This document shows, piece after piece, positions 16,802-23,795 of a stretch of DNA of 32,000 nucleotides. The notes beneath the pieces were generated by a model. That model was not told the origin of the DNA, ran no database searches, and saw only the letters and a program-made list of their open reading frames with translations. Position numbers and translations under genes: made by a program. The stretch is taken from assembly GCA_041662745.1 (NCBI GenBank), contig JBAZRV010000001.1, positions 180,001 to 212,000 of the forward strand, read 5' to 3'. This DNA is from Patescibacteria group bacterium (GTDB taxonomy: Bacteria > Patescibacteriota > Patescibacteriia > 2-01-FULL-39-33). Position 1 is the first letter of the stretch. Each line of letters begins with the position of its first letter.

Positions 16802-17593
16802 TTAAGCGTTTGCCAGTTGGAATAGCCGTACGGCTTTTTTCAGGTAGTCTTGGGACATTTGCCAATCAATCGGATCAATCATACTGCCGCTGGGGCGTAA
16901 TCGGCTTTGGGCGTCAATGCTTAGCCGGAGATATTTTTTAATCAGGAGACTGATCAGCTCTATCGTTTCCGGTCCCAAGCCGCCGGCCACCACCAATCCC
17001 AGATCCGGACGTTGCTCGGACAACTTATCCAAAAACGGTTCCAGGAATGGAGGAGAAAGCAGTCTTCCTTGACCCATGCTTCTGTCTAATAAAATGTAGT
17101 CAAGCGCCGAGTCGTATAATTTTAATTTTTCCAGTAGTTTGTCGGGCCGTTCCTCTATGGCGCTAAAGGCGAAGGTGCCGATCTGCAAGATAATTTTCAG
17201 ATGAGGGTAAATCCTTTTAAAATCTCTAACCAGCTCATGGTCAGGCCAAATCATATCAAGCTGTAAGGCCTGCATCTGCGGTCCGCCCCAAAGTACAACC
17301 TCTTCAAAATCACTAGCCGTTTCGCGCCAGGAATGAGATTCATAATCGGCGAAGTGCAGAGTATTAAAAGCTAAGGGATGAGACAGGAAAATATCAGAGA
17401 TTTTATCTTTGGCCGGAAAAACTTTGTCATAGCGAGTCGGCAGACCGCGCAGGGTTTTATGGCTCATCATGACCCCGACGCCCAAGCGATGCGACGGCGG
17501 TGTTTCCGCATAGGCCCGACCCATTACCGCCAGCATCGTTTCGGTTTGCTGGCGATCGGTAAAATCGGTGATGCTAATATAAGGAACTGGCAT
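16802..17593 (-). CDS. TIM-barrel protein, distantly phosphoribosylanthranilate-isomerase (TrpF)-like (tentative)
   Basis: The start is set at ATG 17593 because SD GGGAGGG lies 7 nt upstream; the ORF-track start at 17701 has no RBS. By eye the motif order resembles TrpF: YISITD, ALQLDMIW, ILLDRSMGQG, VVAGGLGPETI, SIDAQSRL. Confidence 0.6.
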   Translation of the reverse strand: MPVPYISITDFTDRQQTETMLAVMGRAYAETPPSHRLGVGVMMSHKTLRGLPTRYDKVFPAKDKISDIFLSHPLAFNTLHFADYESHSWRETASDFEEVVLWGGPQMQALQLDMIWPDHELVRDFKRIYPHLKIILQIGTFAFSAIEERPDKLLEKLKLYDSALDYILLDRSMGQGRLLSPPFLEPFLDKLSEQRPDLGLVVAGGLGPETIELISLLIKKYLRLSIDAQSRLRPSGSMIDPIDWQMSQDYLKKAVRLFQLANA

Positions 17594-17689
17594 TCTATTT
17601 CCCTCCCGGTTTGTTAAGGTTCTATCGTGATCCATTGAATAATTAAGCTTAACAAAAGAAAACAGTTTTGTCAATGGGTTATCAAATAT

Positions 17690-17724
17690 AAAACCGGCCA
17701 AGTTATTGATCTTGGCTGGTTTTA
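17690..17724 (-). terminator. nusA terminator
   Basis: CCAGCCAAG / CTTGGCCGG stem (one mismatch) followed by TTTTATATTT on the minus strand. Confidence 0.6.
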
Positions 17725-17730
17725 TATTGT

Positions 17731-19335
17731 TTATTCCGCTGAGCTTTCTTCAGCCGTGCTTGTTTCTTCGCTAATTTCTTCAGCTGGTCGGGCTTCAGTC
17801 AATTCTTCGGTTATAGGCGTCTCTTCCAATAGCGGGGTTTCTTCCGGTTTTATTTCCGCCGGCTCTGCCTCGTCTTCAGCAGCCTTATTTTTTCTAGTTT
17901 TCTTTTTCTTTTCAGCCGGAGCTTCCGTTGCGGTTTTTTCCTCTGTTGCGACAATAGTTCCTGCTTTCGGAGTTTCTGCCGTCGCTTCGCCGGTCGTTGC
18001 GCTTTCAGCTGTTTCCGCGGCTTTTTCCGGATTATATTTTTCTCCGCCGTCAGAGATGATGTCTATTTTCCAGCCGGTTAATTTGGAAGCCAAGCGGACG
18101 TTTTGGCCGCCGCGACCGATCGCCAAAGACAATTGGTCTTCCCTTACCTTGACCTTAGCTATGCGGCTGGCCCCGTCAACGATGACATCATTGACTTTGG
18201 CCGGCGATAAGGAATTGGTGATGAACTTGGCCGGATCGGCGTCGTAAAGAATGATGTCAACCTTCTCCCCGGACAGTTCGCTGATGATAGTTTGGATTCT
18301 GGATCCGCGTTGTCCGACACAGGCGCCGATCGGGTCAATATTTTCTTCGGTGGAAGCGATAGCGACCTTGGTTCGACTGCCGGCCTCGCGAGCCAATGAC
18401 TTGATTTCCACAGCGCCGGTGGCGATTTCCGGAATTTCTTCCTCAAAGATTCCCTTGACTACGGCAACGTCGGCGCGGGAGACGATCATCATTGATCCTC
18501 TTAGGCCCTGGTCAACCGTTTTCAAGTAGAATTTCAGGCGATTGCCGATATTGTAGCGTTCACGTTCAACTTGCTCCTCCGGCGGCATAATGGCGGCAGT
18601 ATGCCCTAAGTCCACAAAAACATTCTGGCCTTCGCGGCGTTGAATGGTGCCAGTAACAATGGTGTGCTCCAGGCTTTTGAACTCCTCAAATATTTTCAGA
18701 CGCTCTTCCTCGCGTAATTTTTGGATAATGACTTGTTTGGCGGTCTGCGCGGCCATACGGCCGAATTCTCCCGGCACTTCCAGGGGTGTGACGATTTCAT
18801 CGCCGATTTTAGCGTCGGGTTTTTCTATCAGAGCGTCCTTGATTTGGATTTCTGTTTTGGGGTTGAATCTTTTTTCCTGCTCTTCAGCGGTCAATTCCAC
18901 TTCTTCGGCCAAGAAAGATTTCATTGCTGTTTTTTCCTGCTGTTCTTTTTCCGGAGCGGCGGTTTCCTGCTCTTCGCGCTCCTGTTTTTCTTTCAGGGCG
19001 GCGGCAAAGGCGGCGGCAAACGAGGCGCCGGCCTCTTCCTTGGTTTTTTTCTTTTTTTCAGTTTTGGCTTCTTTGGCTTCGGTTTCTTCCGCTTCCGACA
19101 ATTCCTCTTCCGCGCCTTCTTCCGGCTCGTCCTCGACCACGGTTTTAATATCAAAAGCCTTGACCTCTCCTGTTTTAGGATCAAACTCAGTAATGATATT
19201 CTGCAATTTATTGCCGAAATCCTTACGATAGGCGGCGGCTAAAGCCGCTTCAATGGCGCGAAGCACGACCGCTTCGTCCAAATTTTTTTCCTGGCAGATT
19301 TGTTGGATGGCTGCCTGGATTGGTGATTGTGACAT
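17731..19335 (-). CDS. nusA: transcription termination/antitermination factor NusA with low-complexity insertion and acidic C-terminal tail
   Basis: NTD (FGRMAAQTAKQVIIQKLREEER), S1 domain (GTIQRREGQNVFVDLG), KH1/KH2 (IDPIGACVGQRGSRIQ; LAIGRGGQNVRLASKLTGWKIDI). A ~95-aa E/K/A-rich insert interrupts the NTD and a ~110-aa acidic tail follows KH2. Confidence 0.93.
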   Translation of the reverse strand: MSQSPIQAAIQQICQEKNLDEAVVLRAIEAALAAAYRKDFGNKLQNIITEFDPKTGEVKAFDIKTVVEDEPEEGAEEELSEAEETEAKEAKTEKKKKTKEEAGASFAAAFAAALKEKQEREEQETAAPEKEQQEKTAMKSFLAEEVELTAEEQEKRFNPKTEIQIKDALIEKPDAKIGDEIVTPLEVPGEFGRMAAQTAKQVIIQKLREEERLKIFEEFKSLEHTIVTGTIQRREGQNVFVDLGHTAAIMPPEEQVERERYNIGNRLKFYLKTVDQGLRGSMMIVSRADVAVVKGIFEEEIPEIATGAVEIKSLAREAGSRTKVAIASTEENIDPIGACVGQRGSRIQTIISELSGEKVDIILYDADPAKFITNSLSPAKVNDVIVDGASRIAKVKVREDQLSLAIGRGGQNVRLASKLTGWKIDIISDGGEKYNPEKAAETAESATTGEATAETPKAGTIVATEEKTATEAPAEKKKKTRKNKAAEDEAEPAEIKPEETPLLEETPITEELTEARPAEEISEETSTAEESSAE

Positions 19336-19358
19336 AGTATTTTGGTTTAATAGCTTGT

Positions 19359-19388
19359 AAAAAATGACAGCCGGATAGGGCTGTCATT
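19359..19388 (-). terminator. intrinsic-terminator-like hairpin in the nusA leader (candidate attenuator)
   Basis: Minus-strand RNA forms AAUGACAGCC-CUAUCC-GGCUGUCAUU followed by four further U's (UUUU), completing a U6 run. It lies between the promoter (19403-19431) and the nusA ATG (19335). Confidence 0.55.
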
Positions 19389-19402
19389 AATCATCTGTAA
19401 CC

Positions 19403-19431
19403 AGTATAGCATAGCCGGTTTTATTTGTCAA
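19403..19431 (-). promoter_or_regulatory. nusA promoter
   Basis: On the minus strand: TTGACA (19431-19426), 17-nt spacer, TATACT (19408-19403). Confidence 0.65.
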
Positions 19432-19440
19432 GAGCCGGAT

Positions 19441-19473
19441 AAAATAAAACGCCGCAGTGGTTTTTCTGCGGCG
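19441..19473 (-). terminator. terminator of the 245-aa gene
   Basis: On the minus strand: CGCCGCAG-AAAAACCA-CTGCGGCG followed by TTTTATTTTAT. Confidence 0.75.
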
Positions 19474-19491
19474 ATCCAATGTCCTGACAGC

Positions 19492-20229
19492 TTAAGGTTG
19501 CTGTTGCTTATCGGGCTTAAGCAATCCCATCCCAGCCAATTTTTGAGCCAAGGTGTAAATTTTCTTCAAACCTTCCCTGTCAGCATCCGGTCGCGTAGCT
19601 TCTTGGGCCAGCAATTGTTCTAAGGTCAGTCCCAATTTTTTGGCTTTGTTGCATTTGGCCATTACTATGATGACATCCATCTTTTCCTGCAACCGCCGAT
19701 TAAAATCAAGTTGATTCTTAGGGAAGATGTTCGGTGACATGCCCAATTCTCGCCGTACGGCTTTGTCGGCATGGCGCATGACCACGATAAAAGGCAATGA
19801 TGCTAACGGCTTGCCGATTTGCGCTTGAGTCCGATTATGCCTAAACCAGTCTACGAATATTCCCAGCAATTCCCGCGGAGTAATATCTTCAAAGTCATAG
19901 CCTTGATCGCGGCAGGATTCAGTCAGTACCCTGGCGTCGGTTTCCAGATTTTCCGGCTTAGGCACCTGATTCATTGTTCTGTAAAAGAGCGTCAGTTCAA
20001 AGAAGGGTACGCCCAACTGGGAGTATTTTTCCAGGTCTTTGACAGTCAGTTTTTCTTTGACTATTTCTTCTATTGTTTTTGACTTGCTAGGCTTAACCGC
20101 CGGCTTGGGCGGTTTTTTTTCTTTTTCCGGTTCAACCGGCTTAGGCGGTCGGTTTTTTTGCCGATCGGCCGGATGGACAGATACGGCGGGGTTAACTTTT
20201 GCTTCTTTTTCTTTCTTCCACCAAGGCAT
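19492..20229 (-). CDS. hypothetical protein (245 aa) with basic Pro/Lys-rich N-terminus
   Basis: Strong SD AAGGAG lies 7 nt upstream of the ATG and the gene has its own promoter. No family recognised. Confidence 0.7.
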   Translation of the reverse strand: MPWWKKEKEAKVNPAVSVHPADRQKNRPPKPVEPEKEKKPPKPAVKPSKSKTIEEIVKEKLTVKDLEKYSQLGVPFFELTLFYRTMNQVPKPENLETDARVLTESCRDQGYDFEDITPRELLGIFVDWFRHNRTQAQIGKPLASLPFIVVMRHADKAVRRELGMSPNIFPKNQLDFNRRLQEKMDVIIVMAKCNKAKKLGLTLEQLLAQEATRPDADREGLKKIYTLAQKLAGMGLLKPDKQQQP

Positions 20230-20303
20230 TTTTTTCTCCTTATTGTTTCGCCTTACATTTAGTGCGAGTGGTTTGTGTTTTTTAAAGGTGCTGTATTCCG
20301 ATT

Positions 20304-20332
20304 ATTATAAACAAAAAAATAACAGTTGTCAA
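20304..20332 (-). promoter_or_regulatory. promoter for the 245-aa gene
   Basis: On the minus strand: TTGACA (20332-20327, overlapping the yraN stop), 17-nt spacer, TATAAT (20309-20304). Confidence 0.6.
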
Positions 20333-20694
20333 GAGAGGGAAATATTGTTAAACCATTTTATTTTAGCTGTGCCGGTCGTCCGATTCAGTTCCACGCTAAT
20401 TATATCCAGGCGCCAAAAGCAGTTCAAACCGCGATCGTTAAGATAAATCCGAGCGGCTTTTTGCAGATGACGCAATTTATGGCGATCAACCGCCGTTTCA
20501 GGCAAGCCGGTTTTATCGGCCGTGCGCGTTTTGACTTCTGCAAATAAAATCTCATCGCCGAGCCGGGCGATGAGATCGATTTCTCCGAATTGAGTGTAGT
20601 AGTTTCTTTTGACTATCTCATAGCCGCGTCTGATCAGGAATTGAGCGGCTAAATTTTCGCCGTATTTACCCAAACGCATTCGGTAATCGGACAT
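20329..20694 (-). CDS. yraN: YraN family (UPF0102) endonuclease-like protein
   Basis: GENLAAQFLIRRGYEIVKRNYYTQFGEIDLIARLGDEILFAEVKTRT matches the YraN/UPF0102 core. Confidence 0.88.
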   Translation of the reverse strand: MSDYRMRLGKYGENLAAQFLIRRGYEIVKRNYYTQFGEIDLIARLGDEILFAEVKTRTADKTGLPETAVDRHKLRHLQKAARIYLNDRGLNCFWRLDIISVELNRTTGTAKIKWFNNISLS

Positions 20695-20696
20695 AG

Positions 20697-21107
20697 CTAC
20701 TTTTTTTGGGGCAAATATTTTAAATATTGTTGATGCGTTTCAGCTTGTTTTTGCGCTTGCGGCACCGCCTTACGCCAATAAAGGAAGATTCGGTAAGCCC
20801 ACCAGAGCGCGGCCAGAAGCAGGATGACGCTCCAAAAACGGGCGGAGAGATAGGATACGCGTTCGTATCTGAGCCAAGTCCAGAATAATTCCAAGCCGCC
20901 GAAAGTGGCAAACCAGGCGGCGATTTGATCAAATAATCTTAGTCGGTAGCCCGGCATTTTTTTTCTGCTGGCGTAAACTTTTAGCGCCACAGCGATTAGA
21001 AGCAAAATTATACCGGCGCCAATCATGATTTTAATGGTTGAGGGGTAGGTGTAGGGGCGTAATTCCAAAAAATAACCGGGAGTGAAGAATTTGACAATGT
21101 TAAACAT
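20697..21107 (-). CDS. hypothetical membrane protein (136 aa, ~3 TM)
   Basis: Hydrophobic helices are present. The stop is 2 nt from the yraN start, so the two are probably an operon. Confidence 0.7.
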   Translation of the reverse strand: MFNIVKFFTPGYFLELRPYTYPSTIKIMIGAGIILLLIAVALKVYASRKKMPGYRLRLFDQIAAWFATFGGLELFWTWLRYERVSYLSARFWSVILLLAALWWAYRIFLYWRKAVPQAQKQAETHQQYLKYLPQKK

Positions 21108-21168
21108 AGGATTAGTTAATAGTTAGCAATCACATTTTAAGGGTAAAAAGAAAAAATGTAAAGAACGG

Positions 21169-21717
21169 TTAACGAGCGAAGATCAAACCGAAGTGGTAGG
21201 GTCCAGCCTCAAATTCTTCAAGTAATTTTAAACCGGCCTTGGCGGCCATACTCTTGATTAGCTCCGGCTCGGGGCGATCCTTGATCGGCGGGCCGAAAGG
21301 CGAAGCGATCTTTTTCCAGTCAATGATCATTAATTTTCCTCCCTGCTTGAGCAGTCGCGCAGTTTCCTTGAGAAAATTATCATGTTTTCCCGCTTGAAAT
21401 AAGACATTATGGATAAAAACGACGTCCAAACTGCCGGCCGGGATATTAGTTGCTCCCACCAACTCCAAATTGGACCAAACAGTCTTAATGTTTTTAAGCC
21501 CCTCTTGCTTAATTCTGGCATCTACGGCGCTTAAGGCGGACTTGAGGATGTCAACCGCATAAACTTGGCCGTTTTTGCCGACTAACTTGGCCGAACTTAA
21601 GGCGTAAAAGGCTAAATTGCCGCAACCCAAATCGCCGACGTTCATATTTTCCTCCAGGCCGATTTTCTTGAAGACGTCGACTTTTATCAGTTCATTGCCG
21701 TTTTGTAGATTAGCCAT
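21169..21717 (-). CDS. class I SAM-dependent methyltransferase
   Basis: Motif I VGDLGCGNLAFYA, an acidic residue after beta-2 (YAVDI), and LKQGGKLMIIDW. Confidence 0.85.
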   Translation of the reverse strand: MANLQNGNELIKVDVFKKIGLEENMNVGDLGCGNLAFYALSSAKLVGKNGQVYAVDILKSALSAVDARIKQEGLKNIKTVWSNLELVGATNIPAGSLDVVFIHNVLFQAGKHDNFLKETARLLKQGGKLMIIDWKKIASPFGPPIKDRPEPELIKSMAAKAGLKLLEEFEAGPYHFGLIFAR

Positions 21718-21839
21718 ATGGGTAAAAGATTAAGAATTACCGGTTAAAAGTTGAAAAGCACCGTGCGTAACCCGGTAATCGCTCTATTGGTATTATACAA
21801 TATTTTTAAGATTATTGACAAAAGGACTTGACAAACCAT

Positions 21840-21868
21840 TTTACTTTATTCCGGCCGGGTTATATAAT
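21840..21868 (+). promoter_or_regulatory. csoR promoter
   Basis: TTTACT (21840-21845), 17-nt spacer, TATAAT (21863-21868). Confidence 0.45.
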
Positions 21869-21894
21869 ATACCTATACCTAAGGTGGGGGTATA
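21868..21894. promoter_or_regulatory. candidate CsoR operator
   Basis: TATACC TATACC TAAGGTGG GGTATA: inverted arms TATACC (21874-21879) and GGTATA (21889-21894) flank a G tract. This resembles the TACC...GGGGGTA boxes of CsoR operators as I recall them. It abuts the -10. Confidence 0.5.
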
Positions 21895-21951
21895 AATAAT
21901 CAGACAAAGTAAAAATTGCTAAGCTATCATAACAAATAATAATGAATATTT

Positions 21952-22218
21952 ATGAATGAGCACAAAGCCAAGGCGGTTATCGCCTTCAAAAAAACCCGGA
22001 GCCTGATGGATAAGGTGATCGCCATGTCCGAAAAGAATGAATATTGCGTAGATATCATGCAACAGAATTTGGCGGCTTTGGGCCTATTGAAATCGGCGCA
22101 TCAGCTGCTGTTAGAGGGCCATCTCCATTCCTGCTTCAGAGATGCCATGGCTTCCAATAACAATCGGCGGAAACAAGAAATGATTGAAGAAATATTAAAA
22201 ATCAGCAAGCCGCGTTAA
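21952..22218 (+). CDS. csoR: CsoR/RcnR family metal-sensing repressor (Cu-type C-H-C ligand pattern)
   Basis: NEYCVDIMQQ...LLLEGHLHSC carries the Cys...His-x-x-x-Cys arrangement of copper-sensing CsoR. The 88-aa length fits the family. Confidence 0.85.
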   Translation: MNEHKAKAVIAFKKTRSLMDKVIAMSEKNEYCVDIMQQNLAALGLLKSAHQLLLEGHLHSCFRDAMASNNNRRKQEMIEEILKISKPR

Positions 22219-22245
22219 TTATCATTAATAAAAAATAAAAATCAT

Positions 22246-22851
22246 ATGGACAATAAGACGTGCTGTGAATCTAAATCAACCAAAGAAGCCAAAGGTTTTT
22301 GGCCGGGATTGCTTTATGGCCTGTTGCCCCATACTTTTTGCATCTTATTCATTGTTTTGTCAATTGTCGGTTCATTGGCCGGAGCGGCTTTAGCCGGCAG
22401 GTTTTTATTAATCCCTTATTTTTTCCAATTTTTAATTTTGCTGTCCTTTGTTTTTGCTTTGTTTTCAGCTATTTTATATCTAAATCGCTTGGGTCGTCTC
22501 AATTGGCCGGGAATAAGCAAAAGTTGGAAGTATTTAGCCACATTATTCACCTCAACTTTAGCCGTTAATTTGCTATTATTTTTTATTATTTTTCCAGCCG
22601 TAGCCAATATCATCGGCGGCGGCCAGGCGGCAATTCAGGATACAACCCTAACCTTGCGGGTTGATTTGCCTTGTTCCGGTCATGCCCCGCTGATTAGCCA
22701 AAGCCTATTGAGTCAGAATGGCATCAAGACGGTCAATTTCCAGTTGCCGGACAGGTTTGTTGTCAGTTATGATAAGGACTCAATCACCGCCGATCAGATT
22801 TTAAATCAAAAGATTTTTCAATCGTTTAAGGCCAAAGTCATCACTCAATAA
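22246..22851 (+). CDS. membrane protein with N-terminal CC motif and C-terminal HMA-like (ferredoxin-fold) domain bearing CSGH instead of CxxC
   Basis: MDNKTCCES..., then 3-4 TM helices. The C-terminal stretch TLTLRVDLPCSGHAPLISQSLLSQNGIKTVNFQLPDRFVVSYDKDSITADQIL has HMA-like beta-alpha-beta-beta-alpha spacing. It starts 27 nt after csoR. Confidence 0.65.
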   Translation: MDNKTCCESKSTKEAKGFWPGLLYGLLPHTFCILFIVLSIVGSLAGAALAGRFLLIPYFFQFLILLSFVFALFSAILYLNRLGRLNWPGISKSWKYLATLFTSTLAVNLLLFFIIFPAVANIIGGGQAAIQDTTLTLRVDLPCSGHAPLISQSLLSQNGIKTVNFQLPDRFVVSYDKDSITADQILNQKIFQSFKAKVITQ

Positions 22852-22852
22852 G

Positions 22853-22887
22853 TTAAAAATAAAGCCCGCCTGAATAGCTCAGGCGGG
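22853..22887 (-). terminator. terminator of the 247-aa gene
   Basis: On the minus strand: GCCCGCCTGA-GCTAT-TCAGGCGGGC followed by TTTATTTTT. Confidence 0.75.
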
Positions 22888-22901
22888 CGTAAGGTTCATT
22901 A

Positions 22902-23645
22902 TTAAGGAGTGACTAATGGCAACGGTATAGGATTCTGCCCCAACGGATCGGGGGTCAGCAATTTGGGAGCGTCAAAATCGATTAACGGCCGACGTTGTTC
23001 CGCCGGATACTGTTCCAGTGAAAATTCCTTGTTATCCCGATTGACATATTTCACTTCAATTATCCTGATTTGACTGCCGGAGGGCAGAAGCATCTGATTC
23101 TTGGTGTCAGTCAGCTGTTCAATCAGCCACTCGGAATCAATCCCCAGATCCTTGGCAATGCGAGCGCATGATTCTTCCAGCCGTTCTCGGATTAAAATCT
23201 TAAAAATATCATCGCCCGCCACCCAGAGTGATTTAGACGTCTGTTTGCATTGCAGGGCGAATTCAAATTCCGTATTATGAAACAGCCACCAAGCTTGATC
23301 AATGGGTAGCGGCAAACCGTCAATGATAAATGTTTTAACCGCCGCTTTTTTAACTTCATAGTTGGCTGAATCAAGGGCTTGGAGCCTTTCCTGGGTGATG
23401 TTCTTGGCGGCGATATAACTGGAAACGGCAATGCCCAGACCAACGAAGACTATAGTCAGGCCCAGTCCGCGACGCCAGCGTTTCTGATGTTTGTACATTT
23501 GCCAAACACCCAGGCAAATCAGTATGGCGACAAGAGCCGCGCCGGTCATGGTGAAAAAGTAAGAGAACAGGAAATATTGCAAACTATAGTTCAAACCCTG
23601 CAAAAGTTCAATCAGATTGTCCAAATGCCAAGGTGCCAGCTTCAT
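22902..23645 (-). CDS. hypothetical membrane protein (247 aa, 2 TM)
   Basis: Strong SD AAAGGAG lies 7 nt upstream of the ATG. Two TM helices precede a soluble domain. No family recognised. Confidence 0.7.
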   Translation of the reverse strand: MKLAPWHLDNLIELLQGLNYSLQYFLFSYFFTMTGAALVAILICLGVWQMYKHQKRWRRGLGLTIVFVGLGIAVSSYIAAKNITQERLQALDSANYEVKKAAVKTFIIDGLPLPIDQAWWLFHNTEFEFALQCKQTSKSLWVAGDDIFKILIRERLEESCARIAKDLGIDSEWLIEQLTDTKNQMLLPSGSQIRIIEVKYVNRDNKEFSLEQYPAEQRRPLIDFDAPKLLTPDPLGQNPIPLPLVTP

Positions 23646-23795
23646 TAAATTTCTCCTTTGGCGGTTGATTTTTCTTGTATTTGTTAGTATTTGTCCGTTT
23701 AATGTGCCTTTGCTGTATTCCAGCTAATAAGGTATGATAACAGATGAAGGGTTTATTGTCAAACTAATAAAAGAAAACATAAAATTTTAATTTAT

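Noticed and set aside
17756-19242. Several + strand ORFs up to 195 aa opposite nusA
   Set aside because: They are produced by the GAA/AAG/GCC-rich low-complexity codons of nusA read in reverse. Their products are Ser/Phe/Leu-rich and they lack start signals.
23646-23795. Search for a CsoR operator upstream of copA
   Set aside because: Only a plausible promoter (TTGTCA-18-TAAAAT) was found. No TACC...GGGGTA-type pseudo-palindrome was seen, so no operator is annotated here.
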